Assembly (NCBI GenBank): GCA_965203805.1
Contig: OZ241917.1
Coordinates: forward strand, 1,088,001-1,152,000
From: Candidatus Latescibacterota bacterium
Lineage (GTDB): Bacteria > Latescibacterota > UBA2968 > GCA-2709665
Length of the DNA: 64,000 nt
Direction: 5' to 3'
In this document: positions 29,847 to 39,592 of the stretch, piece by piece
Layout: every line of letters begins with the position of its first letter
Position numbering within the stretch: the first letter of the stretch is position 1
Notes under the pieces: model-generated
Database searches by the model: none
What the model saw: the letters and a program-made list of their open reading frames with translations, nothing else
What the model was told of the DNA's origin: nothing
Position numbers and translations under genes: made by a program

Positions 29847-31925
29847 TCACAACGCGACCGCGAGGCTGCTGACGGGACCCTTTACGCCGGCGCTGTTGAA
29901 AGATCGCACCCGCAGGGTGTTCAGCCCGCGGTTCAGATGCCAGTCGAAGGCCTCGGGGCACGATGTCCACGCCTCCCGGTCCATGCTGGACAGAAATCCC
30001 GAGAAACAGGGCGTCTGCGTCTCCAGGCTGACCCTCAGCAAGGCAGCGCTTCGCGTTGTCTCCACCGTGTACCGGGTCTGGTTCATCGACGGATAGAAGT
30101 CCGAACGCCGGTTCGTGTGACGCGAGAAGTGCGGCAACGGCGGCACGTTGTCATCGGCCCAGTTGAGATACCCGTCCCACGCCCAGACCTCCGTGCCCTG
30201 ACTCACCGGAAGCGGCCGCGACTGGCTGAACACGTTGCCGCGCGGAATCATCCGGAAGTGGCAGAAGGAACGGAACAGAAAGTGCGCGCCGTCGGTTGTG
30301 GAAAACTCGTGGCGGCCTTCCCGAATCCCGATCGGCAGGTCGCGAACCAGGGTTTCCAGGTCCTGCCGGAACAGATACGGACGATCCCAGCGTTCGACGT
30401 CCTCGAGCCTGTCCACGAGGACCCGGTGCACCTCGAGCGTATCCAGCGGCACACGCGTTTCCGGATCGTACCAGTAGAAATCCCGCGTGGCGTCAAGATG
30501 GACCCACTTGCCATAATCGTTCGACCAGACCTCCGCAATCTCGTGTCCGGTCATGCCTTCGCTGTGAAAGTTCACATGACGCGCCGGGAAGCCGAAGCTC
30601 AGACACGCGACCACGAGCGCCACGTTCGGATACAGGCACATCTTGTCGCGCCGCCGTTCCCTGTACCGATTCATCACAATCGCGCCCGATTCGTCCCGCT
30701 CGAGCACCAGCCAGTCCAGGACGTTCCAGGGATAGTGCCGGCACGCGCCCAGCGGAACGGCATACGCCCACGCCATCAGACGCTCGATGGCCTCGAATTC
30801 CGTCTGTGCCCCGGCGACAACGGCATCCAGTTCGAACCGTTCGCGCAGTTCGCGCAAGGTGGCGTGGTTGTAGTCTTCGTCCGCGGTCCAGTAAGAAGAC
30901 CGCCGGATGGCCGCGTTCTCGGCGCGGACGACCCGGGGCGGCGCATCTCCTTCCGGGCGCACGTCGGCCATGACACGCATCGCCTTCAGGACGGGCGTAC
31001 GGGCAGCGTGGGACGTCTGTAACCGCATCCGCCACTGAAGGTAACGTCCCTGCAGGCGCGTTACCCTTGACCCGGGGTCACACGACTGCCATTCGCTCCA
31101 GCCCGCCCCGTTCACAACCGGGCCGGCCCCTGTGCGTACCTCACAGCCGACAGCAGTTCCGCCGGGGACGTCCGCGTCCCAATCCAAACGCAACTCACGA
31201 ATGGATTGGCGCCGTTTCACGCCTTCGCGTTCGCCCGCGGCATCGATGACCGGCGACACGACAACCCCTTCGTCGCGGTACCCGTCCACGATCAGCCGGA
31301 TCACGTATTCGCCGCGTTCGGGCTCCCAATCGCCGTTTCGACGCGTACGACTCGACGCGGGCAGCACGACCGGGTCCGCCGATCCCTTATCAAAGTCCCG
31401 GTAATCCGCCACCATCAGGCTCCATCCCACCCTCCCGCCGGCCACGTCGACAACCAGATGGTTGTCGCCCTGCCGCAGACATCCCGGCGGAAGTTCCAAG
31501 TAATACCACCGGCTCCAGCTCCACGCGCCTTCATCGGGCGCCAACTCCCAGTACTGCCGGGCGTCGGGGGTCGCCAGCGGGGACGGCGGCCGCAGCGCCT
31601 CCCGTCCGTTGACGTTGAATCGCAATGTGGCCGAATGGCCCCGCCGCTCCCTTGCGATAAAAGCGACCTGTGCCTTCCCGGGAGGACGCTGCGCCAACGT
31701 CAGTGTCTTCTTCAGCGCCACGCGGCCGGATAATGCCAGGAACGGATCCTCGTCCAGGTCGTCCGACCTTCCGGCGCCGGGGCTGTCGTTCTCCGCCACC
31801 GAACCTCTGAAAAGGCGGATCCCGTCTTCTTCGTCCCCCATCCAGAGATCCGTAACGTCCGAGGCGCCGTAGATCTCTCGCGCGGGAAAGCGGGTCTCGA
31901 TCCGCTTGTATCCCTCGTCAGCCAT
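29847..31925 (-). CDS. transglutaminase-like domain protein
   Basis: C-terminal MC...GFPARHV...GHEIAEVWSNDYGKWVHLDAT (Cys-His-Asp arrangement). Confidence 0.7.
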   Translation of the reverse strand: MADEGYKRIETRFPAREIYGASDVTDLWMGDEEDGIRLFRGSVAENDSPGAGRSDDLDEDPFLALSGRVALKKTLTLAQRPPGKAQVAFIARERRGHSATLRFNVNGREALRPPSPLATPDARQYWELAPDEGAWSWSRWYYLELPPGCLRQGDNHLVVDVAGGRVGWSLMVADYRDFDKGSADPVVLPASSRTRRNGDWEPERGEYVIRLIVDGYRDEGVVVSPVIDAAGEREGVKRRQSIRELRLDWDADVPGGTAVGCEVRTGAGPVVNGAGWSEWQSCDPGSRVTRLQGRYLQWRMRLQTSHAARTPVLKAMRVMADVRPEGDAPPRVVRAENAAIRRSSYWTADEDYNHATLRELRERFELDAVVAGAQTEFEAIERLMAWAYAVPLGACRHYPWNVLDWLVLERDESGAIVMNRYRERRRDKMCLYPNVALVVACLSFGFPARHVNFHSEGMTGHEIAEVWSNDYGKWVHLDATRDFYWYDPETRVPLDTLEVHRVLVDRLEDVERWDRPYLFRQDLETLVRDLPIGIREGRHEFSTTDGAHFLFRSFCHFRMIPRGNVFSQSRPLPVSQGTEVWAWDGYLNWADDNVPPLPHFSRHTNRRSDFYPSMNQTRYTVETTRSAALLRVSLETQTPCFSGFLSSMDREAWTSCPEAFDWHLNRGLNTLRVRSFNSAGVKGPVSSLAVAL

Positions 31926-31995
31926 CTTCCGGCCTTTGCCGATTCGCAGGTTCGCCGCGGGCGGCGTACCGTATGCGGGGTGGACAAAACACCGC

Positions 31996-33234
31996 CTATT
32001 TCAGGTAGGCGGCTTCCACTTTCTCCAGGGCGGCCACAATGTCGGACACTTCCCGTTCCCCGTAGTTCTCGTGGACGGGCATCGTAAAATGGCTTTCCGC
32101 GGCCTCGACCGCGTTTGGACACGGGAAGGTGGCATTGCGGTCGCCCTTGTAGTCCGGAAGCCCCCAGGGATAGTCGGTGTTTCCAAAGACCCTGCGTTCC
32201 CTGAACCAGGTCGCCTCGGACGGGATATGCCTGTAGGACACCGACCCGGGAATGCCTTCCGCGGCCAGCGCGCGGACGAAACCCGCCTTGTCCACGTTCA
32301 GTCTTGCCGTATCCAGGTGGAACCGGAGAAACCAGTACACGCATTCCGTACCCGGAACCTGCCTGCCCATGGAGACGGCCTTCAGATGTTCGATTCCGTC
32401 GCGTATCGCATCTCCCGCCTTTCGCCGGTTGTCCGCAATCTCCCCCAGGCGGCGCAACTGGACACGGCCGATGGCCGCCGCCAGGTCGCTCCCGTTCATA
32501 TTCAGGCTCGCCCTCACGTTGGAAAGCCCGCTGCCCTCCAGATTATACGGTTTGCCCCGATCCGAGAAGCGCTTCACCCGCCAATAGAGTTCGTGGTCCT
32601 TCGCGAAGATGACCCCGCCCTGGGAACCGGTGGCGTGATGCTTTCCGCTCATCGTCGAAAACGTCCCCAACGTCCCCATGCTGCCTACCATTCGTCCCCT
32701 GTATCTGGCGCCGTGGGCCTGCGCGCAATCTTCGATCACGGGCAGCCCGTGCGAATCGGCCAGCTCCAGAATCGGGTCCATGTCGGCGGGCTCGCCGGCG
32801 ATATGCGCTACGATGATTGCTCGAGAATGCTCGGTCAGCACGGCTTCGATCTGTTCCGCTCCGGCGTTGAACGTGCCCGGGGCGGCATCCGCCACCACCG
32901 GAACCAGGTTCAGCAGCGCCACGGGCATCACGCCTCCTGGATCGGTGATTGGAGGCACCACGACCTCCCCCGGGACCTCCGGTTCGAGGCCTCCCAGCGC
33001 AGCGTAAAGAGAGGTGGTGCCCGAATTCACGAGGTCCGCGTATCCGCCGCCCATGAAATCCGCGAAGTCCCGCTCGTACGCCCGTTCCTCCGGGCCATCG
33101 TACCCGAACGCGTTGCCGGACCGGATACTCTCGTCGAACAGTGCCATCACGGCCTGCTTCTCTTCCTCCCCGAAAAGGCGCCGCGCGGGCATCGGCGCAT
33201 TACGGACCTTCTCACCGCCATCGATCGCCAGCAT
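31996..33234 (-). CDS. DegT/DnrJ/EryC1/StrS family PLP aminotransferase
   Basis: LAIDGG, NSGTTSL, IEDCAQAHGA, FSTMSGKHHATGSQGG. Confidence 0.92.
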   Translation of the reverse strand: MLAIDGGEKVRNAPMPARRLFGEEEKQAVMALFDESIRSGNAFGYDGPEERAYERDFADFMGGGYADLVNSGTTSLYAALGGLEPEVPGEVVVPPITDPGGVMPVALLNLVPVVADAAPGTFNAGAEQIEAVLTEHSRAIIVAHIAGEPADMDPILELADSHGLPVIEDCAQAHGARYRGRMVGSMGTLGTFSTMSGKHHATGSQGGVIFAKDHELYWRVKRFSDRGKPYNLEGSGLSNVRASLNMNGSDLAAAIGRVQLRRLGEIADNRRKAGDAIRDGIEHLKAVSMGRQVPGTECVYWFLRFHLDTARLNVDKAGFVRALAAEGIPGSVSYRHIPSEATWFRERRVFGNTDYPWGLPDYKGDRNATFPCPNAVEAAESHFTMPVHENYGEREVSDIVAALEKVEAAYLK

Positions 33235-33256
33235 ACCAGTTGCCTCCTGAAGGTTG

Positions 33257-34117
33257 TTATGATACAGCTCCGACAAAGGCACGCCACAATGCATCGATGC
33301 CCTTGCCCAATGTCCGCTCATCCGAGAAACAGCGGTAGACCAATCGTGTATGCGCCACCATCTCGTCGCCGGCCGCCAGGTCCCGGCCGTAGCACCAGTC
33401 GTGCGCGGTATCCCATCCGTGGTACTGCCCCGTCAGGTAGGTCGTGTGGACGGGGTCGCAAAGAAACACCAGCGTGAACCCGTTGGACGAGTTCCGGGCG
33501 GCCAGTACGGGCAGGCTGAAGCCCCTGTCTTCCAGGTCCCGATGCAAGCCTCTGACTGGATCGCCATATCGTCCGTCCCGAAGCATTTCCCGCGACCGGC
33601 GGTCTCTGACGATGCCGAACGTCCGGTTGATTTCCACGCGGTTGGCGAGCCTTGTCCAGGTTCGAGTCCCGTCGGCATTGCCCAATGACACCCAGGTCTC
33701 GTCGAAATCTTCGGCGACATAAGAGGCAAAGAAGACCTCGAAACGCCGTATATCCGCCGACGGCCGGATGATCATCTTGAGGTCCACCGCGTCGCCATGC
33801 GGCCGGTAAACGAGATCCATCGCCAACCGGAATTCCGGCTCCTCCGGGAAATGTATGGCCACCCCGTCTTCGGACAATTCGTGCGCCACCTTCCTCGCCA
33901 GAGAGAGCCGTCTTGGGTACATGACCATGCCCGAACCGGGCTTCAGATAGTATTCCGCGTTCAGGAATGCCTTGTTGTGCCGTACCGCCCCGACCCTGTA
34001 GCCCCGGTGCATCAACCCGCAGATGCCGTGGTAGTTCATGTACGGCTGAATTCCGCCCATAATCTCGCCGGTATCGAACTCGTAGCACTGAGACAGGGAG
34101 CTCCAGGCAATCTGCAC
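33257..34117 (-). CDS. hypothetical protein
   Basis: Long ORF with protein-like composition, GGAGG before GTG, co-oriented with DegT gene. Confidence 0.65.
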   Translation of the reverse strand: MQIAWSSLSQCYEFDTGEIMGGIQPYMNYHGICGLMHRGYRVGAVRHNKAFLNAEYYLKPGSGMVMYPRRLSLARKVAHELSEDGVAIHFPEEPEFRLAMDLVYRPHGDAVDLKMIIRPSADIRRFEVFFASYVAEDFDETWVSLGNADGTRTWTRLANRVEINRTFGIVRDRRSREMLRDGRYGDPVRGLHRDLEDRGFSLPVLAARNSSNGFTLVFLCDPVHTTYLTGQYHGWDTAHDWCYGRDLAAGDEMVAHTRLVYRCFSDERTLGKGIDALWRAFVGAVS

Positions 34118-34335
34118 GACCGTCCTCCGAGAAAACCGCGCTTCGTCCCGGTACACGCAGGAATACAAGCGTCCGCGATCGGGTCCCGCCCTCGGGCGCC
34201 TTTCGCCCGCAAGATAATATTCCAGGGGGTCAACGCAACCGGATTCTGGACGCGAAAAAAGCGCGAGAATCTAATTCCCGCGCCAGTTCCAGGTTGACTC
34301 TCGCCGATGGCGTCACCGGCCGTCTGCCGGCAAAC

Positions 34336-35037
34336 TCAGTTTCCCCCGGCTTCCTCTTTCGTTGTCGCCGTATCCGCCGCGGCATCCATATCCAGCATGA
34401 GCGGGCCCGACGTATCCCGCTTCGCATCGATCAGGACAGGCGACGCTGGAGGTGGTGCGGAAGGCGCGGCCGCGCCCACGTCGATATCCGGACCCGTCGT
34501 GTCCGCTCCCGCCGGCTCAGGCTTCCGGCCCCAGAAGTCGGGCGTCGCATTCAGATAATAGGTGATATTGTTATTGGTCAGATAGACCGCTTTCCCGGAC
34601 CCCAGACGCACATAATTCTTGCTCCAGTCTCTCTTCGACTGCCCGAACACGAATGCGGCCAGTTCCGCTCCCCCGGCGTCCCTGACGGACAGCCGGATGC
34701 CGGCTGAGTCGTCCACGGAATACACGGTCCACCGGTCCGCGCTCCGGGTCATCAGGGTCGTGCGCTCCACGTTTAATACTCTGTCGAACAGATTGTCAAT
34801 CGGCGCTTCGCGCACCTCCAGGGAATCGTGGCCCACGAGCCGCCAGACGTCGCCGTCCAGGCGCAGCTCAACGCGTTCGCCGCCGCGTTCGATCACGACC
34901 TGCTGAACGTCGTCACGGCTTCCTGCAAAGATCGGGCTTCCCGAAGCCGTATGTCTGGTCTTGGAAAACTGGACGTAGGCGACACCCGCGGCCAGCGCCA
35001 GAATCACGATCAGCCATACCCTCGCCCGCTTAGCCAT
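34336..35037 (-). CDS. DUF4340 domain protein
   Basis: N-terminal TM, NYVRL...VYL motif, position after GldG-like gene. Confidence 0.75.
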   Translation of the reverse strand: MAKRARVWLIVILALAAGVAYVQFSKTRHTASGSPIFAGSRDDVQQVVIERGGERVELRLDGDVWRLVGHDSLEVREAPIDNLFDRVLNVERTTLMTRSADRWTVYSVDDSAGIRLSVRDAGGAELAAFVFGQSKRDWSKNYVRLGSGKAVYLTNNNITYYLNATPDFWGRKPEPAGADTTGPDIDVGAAAPSAPPPASPVLIDAKRDTSGPLMLDMDAAADTATTKEEAGGN

Positions 35038-36532
35038 ATTGCTCCTCCAACATTCTTGCGCGCCCGGCCTCCCGACGCCACCGCAGCAGACCGTACGCGA
35101 CGATCAGAACCGGCGGCAGCAATACATTCAGCCACTTCCAGCGCGCCTTTTCGGCGTCGTCGAGTTCCGCCAGAGGGCGTGTCGTTATCTCCCGGGATCG
35201 GAGCGCCACCAGATCGCTGTCGCCCATCAGGAAATCGACGACATTGGCGATAAAGATGAAATTCTCCTGAAAAGTTCCACCCGATTCGTCTTCGAACAGA
35301 CCGGAATCGCCCACCAGAACCACGTGGTTCATTCCCTGCGGACCTTCCTGTCGCGCCAGCGCGCCCACCACTTTTCCCGGCTGATTGAGGGTGTTGAAGA
35401 ACGGGTTTTCCATAGGCCGCAGATTGAAGAATCCGGTCATCACCCCGGACTGGTCGGACGTGTACATCAATGGCGTGGTCTGTGCCGTGCCGGCGGCCGA
35501 ATCGGCCAGCGCGATCTCGCTGCTGAACAGCAGGCGCACCTGTTCGAGCCCATCCACCGTCAAATGCTCGCCGAAGCGGTGTACCACCGGGAAAAACGGG
35601 TACTGTATCTGCGAACTCATCTGCAGGAATCCGTGGCGCTGGCTGATCGTGATCGCGCTGCATCGCTGGTCCAGCACCAGGTTTTCCTTTACCTGCAGGC
35701 CCAGTGATTCCAGAAAACCGAAGAGGTTCGACTGTACGGGCGTGCCGCGCTGCCCGTTCAGGTCGCCCGTGACCCGTCCCTGACCGATAAACAAATTGCC
35801 GCCCCTGCGCGTGAATACCTCAAGGTTCTCAAGCTCGGCCTCGCTCAACGAGTCCGTCACCCCGCTGATCATCAGCAGCCCGATGTCGTCGGGCACGGGC
35901 GAGGCCAGTCTGATGGTCCGGACGAGGTACGACTGCTGAAGCACGGCGGAAATATTCCGTACCGCGGGCGGCTGGGCGCCGATGATCGCGAATGCGACTG
36001 CCTGTTTTTCCGTATCGATGAGCTTTTTGATCTGCGTGGTGATTTCGTACTCCAGACCGGTTGTGCTCTCGATCACCGGGATCACCTCACGTCCGTCTCC
36101 GTAGAGGAAGACCATCCCCATGTAGACCCGCTTGACCTCCAGCTTGTCGTTTTCAATCACCTGTAGCTGCACTGGCTGAATCCCGTATTTCCGCGCTTCC
36201 TCCGCGAGTGTCTGGTCGTCTTCGGGCCGGAAAAACTCGAACCTTACACGGCCGCCGCCGAACGCTTCGTACTCTTCGAGTATATCCTGCAGGTAGCGCC
36301 GGTTGTTGCCGTATTGGCCGGGAAGATTGTCCGTAAAGTAGACCTTCATGGTCAACAGATCTTCCACCTGGTCCACCACCCGTTTGCTGGAGTCGGAAAG
36401 CGAATAGATCCCGTTCGCGGTCAGATCCAGCCGAAAAAACAGGTCTCTCGACACGAAGTTCAAAGCCGCGACGATGACGACCGCCAGGAGCAGATAGATG
36501 GTGAAAGAACGTCTATTGTGAACCGCAAACAT
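35030..36532 (-). CDS. gldG: GldG-like ABC transporter auxiliary component
   Basis: RLDLTANGIYSLS, LEYEIT, VLVGDS, N- and C-terminal TM segments. Confidence 0.85.
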   Translation of the reverse strand: MFAVHNRRSFTIYLLLAVVIVAALNFVSRDLFFRLDLTANGIYSLSDSSKRVVDQVEDLLTMKVYFTDNLPGQYGNNRRYLQDILEEYEAFGGGRVRFEFFRPEDDQTLAEEARKYGIQPVQLQVIENDKLEVKRVYMGMVFLYGDGREVIPVIESTTGLEYEITTQIKKLIDTEKQAVAFAIIGAQPPAVRNISAVLQQSYLVRTIRLASPVPDDIGLLMISGVTDSLSEAELENLEVFTRRGGNLFIGQGRVTGDLNGQRGTPVQSNLFGFLESLGLQVKENLVLDQRCSAITISQRHGFLQMSSQIQYPFFPVVHRFGEHLTVDGLEQVRLLFSSEIALADSAAGTAQTTPLMYTSDQSGVMTGFFNLRPMENPFFNTLNQPGKVVGALARQEGPQGMNHVVLVGDSGLFEDESGGTFQENFIFIANVVDFLMGDSDLVALRSREITTRPLAELDDAEKARWKWLNVLLPPVLIVAYGLLRWRREAGRARMLEEQYG

Positions 36533-36535
36533 CGA

Positions 36536-37249
36536 CTACCTCCACTTCCTCATCTCGAGAACCCGCAGGGTGAGCGCCAGAAACAACCAGATCATCCCCG
36601 CGAAATAGACAAGATTCCTCGAATCGATAACGCCGCGTGCAATATTCGACAGGTGGAAGTCCACACTGACGTATTGGGCGATCGTCGCCAGTCCGGCCGG
36701 TATGAAAAGCAGCAGTTTGTCCAGCAGGAAAAACACCATCACGATCGCGATCGCGATAATCAGCGAAACCACCTGGTTCTCCGTCAGGCTGCTTGCAAAC
36801 GTGCCAACCGCCGCATAAAACCCGCCGACGAGGACGAGTCCGATGTATCCGGTAATGACCGCGCCGATGTCGACGTGGGTACCCACGACGAGGAGCGTGA
36901 GAAAATGCACCAGCGTAAACAGCAGCCCCACCACGATCAGGCTTACCGCCGCCAGGTATTTGCCCGTGACGAACTCAACGTCCTGGATGGGCATGGTGGT
37001 CAATACTTCCATGGTGCCCAGGTTCTTCTCCTTCGCGACCAGTCCCATCGAAATGGCCGGCACGAAAAACAGGAAGACCAGCGGGACGATGTTGAAAAGG
37101 GCGCGCATATCCGACTGTCCGATAAGGAAGAACGTGCTCGTGAAAAAATAGCCGCTCAAAACCGCGAAGATCACGAGAAATATATAGGCCATGGGGCTGT
37201 TGAAATAGGAACGAAGTTCCTTGAGATAGATCGCCTTCGTATTACGCAT
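36536..37249 (-). CDS. gldF: GldF-like ABC-2 permease
   Basis: KELRSYFNSPMAY, GTMEVLTTMP, TENQVV, RGVIDSRNLVYF. Confidence 0.88.
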   Translation of the reverse strand: MRNTKAIYLKELRSYFNSPMAYIFLVIFAVLSGYFFTSTFFLIGQSDMRALFNIVPLVFLFFVPAISMGLVAKEKNLGTMEVLTTMPIQDVEFVTGKYLAAVSLIVVGLLFTLVHFLTLLVVGTHVDIGAVITGYIGLVLVGGFYAAVGTFASSLTENQVVSLIIAIAIVMVFFLLDKLLLFIPAGLATIAQYVSVDFHLSNIARGVIDSRNLVYFAGMIWLFLALTLRVLEMRKWR

Positions 37250-38186
37250 CGGACGCCCCCTCCGCGGTGAGATTTCTGAACACGTCCTCCAGTTGAACCC
37301 GGGCCTGGCTCATCTCCAGGATCACCCATCCATGGTCTCTGGCATAGTGAAAAATGCGCTCCCTGGGATCCGTGTTGCGGTCGTATTCCAGAACGAGCGT
37401 TCGAGACCCGTTGTTCTCCGCCGTGCCGGAAAGTGCCACGCCCTCCAACTGTTCGGGCAGCCGCTGCACGCTCTCGTTTTCCGCCTGTCTGACTTCCAGC
37501 GTCAATTGCGTCTGTCCCCTGAAGCTGGACATCAACTCCTCCCGCAGACCGTCCGCGACGATTTCACCATTGTGAATGATGATGATGCGGTCCACCGTCG
37601 CTTCGATTTCCTGCAGGATGTGGCTGGACATGATCAGCGTCTTTTCGCGCCCGAGAGACCGGATCAGTTCCCGGATTTCCACGATCTGGTTGGGATCCAG
37701 CCCGGTAACGGGTTCGTCCAGAATCAGGATATCCGGATCGTGCAGCATGGCCGTTGCCAGGCCGATCCGCTGTTTATACCCCTTGGAACACTCCTGCACC
37801 GCCCGGTGAACCACGCCGGCGAGACCGCACTGCTCGACAACACGCTCCAGTGCCTGCCGGAACGCCCGCCCCTCCATGCGTCGGATCGTCGCAATAAAGG
37901 AAAGCAGGTCGTAAACGATCATTTCCCCGTAGAGTGGATTCAGCTCCGGCAGGTACCCCACCCGCCTGCGGATCTCAAGGGAATCGTCCACGATGTTCAT
38001 ATCGTCCACGAATACGTCGCCGGCGGTTGCCGACAGGTAGCCGGTCATCACCTTCAGCGTGGTTGACTTGCCGGCCCCGTTCTCTCCCAGAAATCCCAGA
38101 ATCTCTCCATCGTTAACCTGGAAGCTGATATCCCGAACGGCCCGGACATCACCGTAGTTCTTAACCAAGTTTTCCACCCGGATCAT
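37242..38186 (-). CDS. gldA: GldA-like ABC transporter ATPase
   Basis: GENGAGKST, SKGYKQR, ILDEPVTGLDPNQ. Confidence 0.9.
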   Translation of the reverse strand: MIRVENLVKNYGDVRAVRDISFQVNDGEILGFLGENGAGKSTTLKVMTGYLSATAGDVFVDDMNIVDDSLEIRRRVGYLPELNPLYGEMIVYDLLSFIATIRRMEGRAFRQALERVVEQCGLAGVVHRAVQECSKGYKQRIGLATAMLHDPDILILDEPVTGLDPNQIVEIRELIRSLGREKTLIMSSHILQEIEATVDRIIIIHNGEIVADGLREELMSSFRGQTQLTLEVRQAENESVQRLPEQLEGVALSGTAENNGSRTLVLEYDRNTDPRERIFHYARDHGWVILEMSQARVQLEDVFRNLTAEGASDA

Positions 38187-38371
38187 GCACGGTCCTCCTT
38201 CAACCCATGGTGTGGCGCATTCAAATTCGACCGGAAAATTAATAAAAAAAGCGGAATCCTGTCAAGCCCCCGGCACGAAAAAAAGGACTTGCCCGCATCC
38301 ACAGCCCCTTGCAGCCCGTTGATAAAGTCCATCCGGGCTGCGTCCGGCCATTGCGGCCGAACGACGGCGTT

Positions 38372-38442
38372 GCCTGCCTGCGCCAGGCGAAGCGCCTGCC
38401 TGCCGCGGGAAGCGCAGCGGCGCAGGCAGGCGGCAGGCAGGC
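38372..38442. repeat. REP-like palindromic element (GCCTGCCTGC / GCAGGCAGGC arms)
   Basis: Two exact 13-nt arm pairs: 38372-38384 with 38419-38431, and 38394-38406 with 38430-38442. Confidence 0.75.
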
Positions 38443-38542
38443 CCTCCCTCTCCGAATCCAGGGATTCGCGTCGGTCGCGCGCGCGCCGCGGTGGGGTGAG
38501 CCGAAAGCGCGGAAACGAAATGGCGAAAACGCCTGATTTTCC

Positions 38543-38571
38543 TTGACACGCTAATACAAATCCAGTATTTT
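38543..38571 (+). promoter_or_regulatory. sigma70-type promoter of the ilvN-leu operon
   Basis: TTGACA-17 nt-TATTTT. Confidence 0.5.
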
Positions 38572-38906
38572 TCGTATTTTAAGATCAGGATGGATGGATC
38601 CCTATCGGAGAGTGCGACGATGAATCCTCACCCTTTGCCCAGCGTACCGGTTGCCTCCGGCGCTTTCCCCTTTCCGGTTCCGCGCCCTTCGCGCGCGTCT
38701 TTCGTCGCATGCACGGAATTTCTTGTTCTCCCCGCGACCTCCAGCCTCTTGTTGTCCGCCATCCTTCCGGACAATTGAACGCACACAAGAGGCTCTCTTC
38801 CACGTCGAATCGCCAGAAAATTCAAAAAAACGCCGATCCCGGAACGAGCCTCTCGGGCAATCGCCAGGTTCTTGCCCTGTCATGACTTTGCCATGAGGAA
38901 CGTACA

Positions 38907-39419
38907 ATGCCAACAAGACACACCATTTCCGCGCTGGTCGAAAACCACTTCGGCGTTCTGTGCCGCATTTCCGGCCTCTTTTCCAGCCGCGGGTTCAACA
39001 TCGACAGCCTTTCGGTCGGAGAAACCGAAGATCCCACCATTTCCCGCATGACCATTGTCGTCAGGGGCGACGACCGTGTGCTGGAGCAGGTGGTCAAACA
39101 ACTCAATCGGCTCGTGGACGTCATCCGGGTCATCGACATCACCCAGGGTGAATTCGTCGAGCGCGAACTGGCGCTCATTAACGTAAAGACCCGAATCGAC
39201 ACGCGATCCGAAATCATCCAGATCGCGGAAATCTTCAGGGCGGGCGTTGTGGATGTCAGCACCAACTCGATGACCATCGAAGTCACCGGGAAAGAGGACA
39301 AAATCGCAGCAATGATCAACATGCTGCGGGACTACGGGATCAATGAAATTGCCAGGACCGGCACGGTCGCGCTGCTGCGGGACTCCCAGATGAAGAAAGA
39401 CGCCGAAGTCGGCAAATAG
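38907..39419 (+). CDS. ilvN: acetolactate synthase small (regulatory) subunit
   Basis: [37 protein letters not shown]. Confidence 0.96.
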   Translation: MPTRHTISALVENHFGVLCRISGLFSSRGFNIDSLSVGETEDPTISRMTIVVRGDDRVLEQVVKQLNRLVDVIRVIDITQGEFVERELALINVKTRIDTRSEIIQIAEIFRAGVVDVSTNSMTIEVTGKEDKIAAMINMLRDYGINEIARTGTVALLRDSQMKKDAEVGK

Positions 39420-39592
39420 CAGAGCATTCCGCGAAACGGGCAGAACCCTACAGAGTACAAAACGGACCGAATTCACCTCTCAACTCGATTCGGAAGCGTG
39501 CAGACCCTGCCGGCATTTACGGCGGGCCCGCAATCGGGCGGGTTTCTGAACCGCCGGTTGCCTGATCCGGTCGAAGGAGGCGAAAACACCCC

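Noticed and set aside
29826-33477. Long plus-strand ORFs (398 aa, 523 aa) and similar antisense ORFs elsewhere (e.g. 44806-46305, 61528-63243)
   Set aside because: Shadow frames of GC-rich genes on the opposite strand, with no recognisable motifs.
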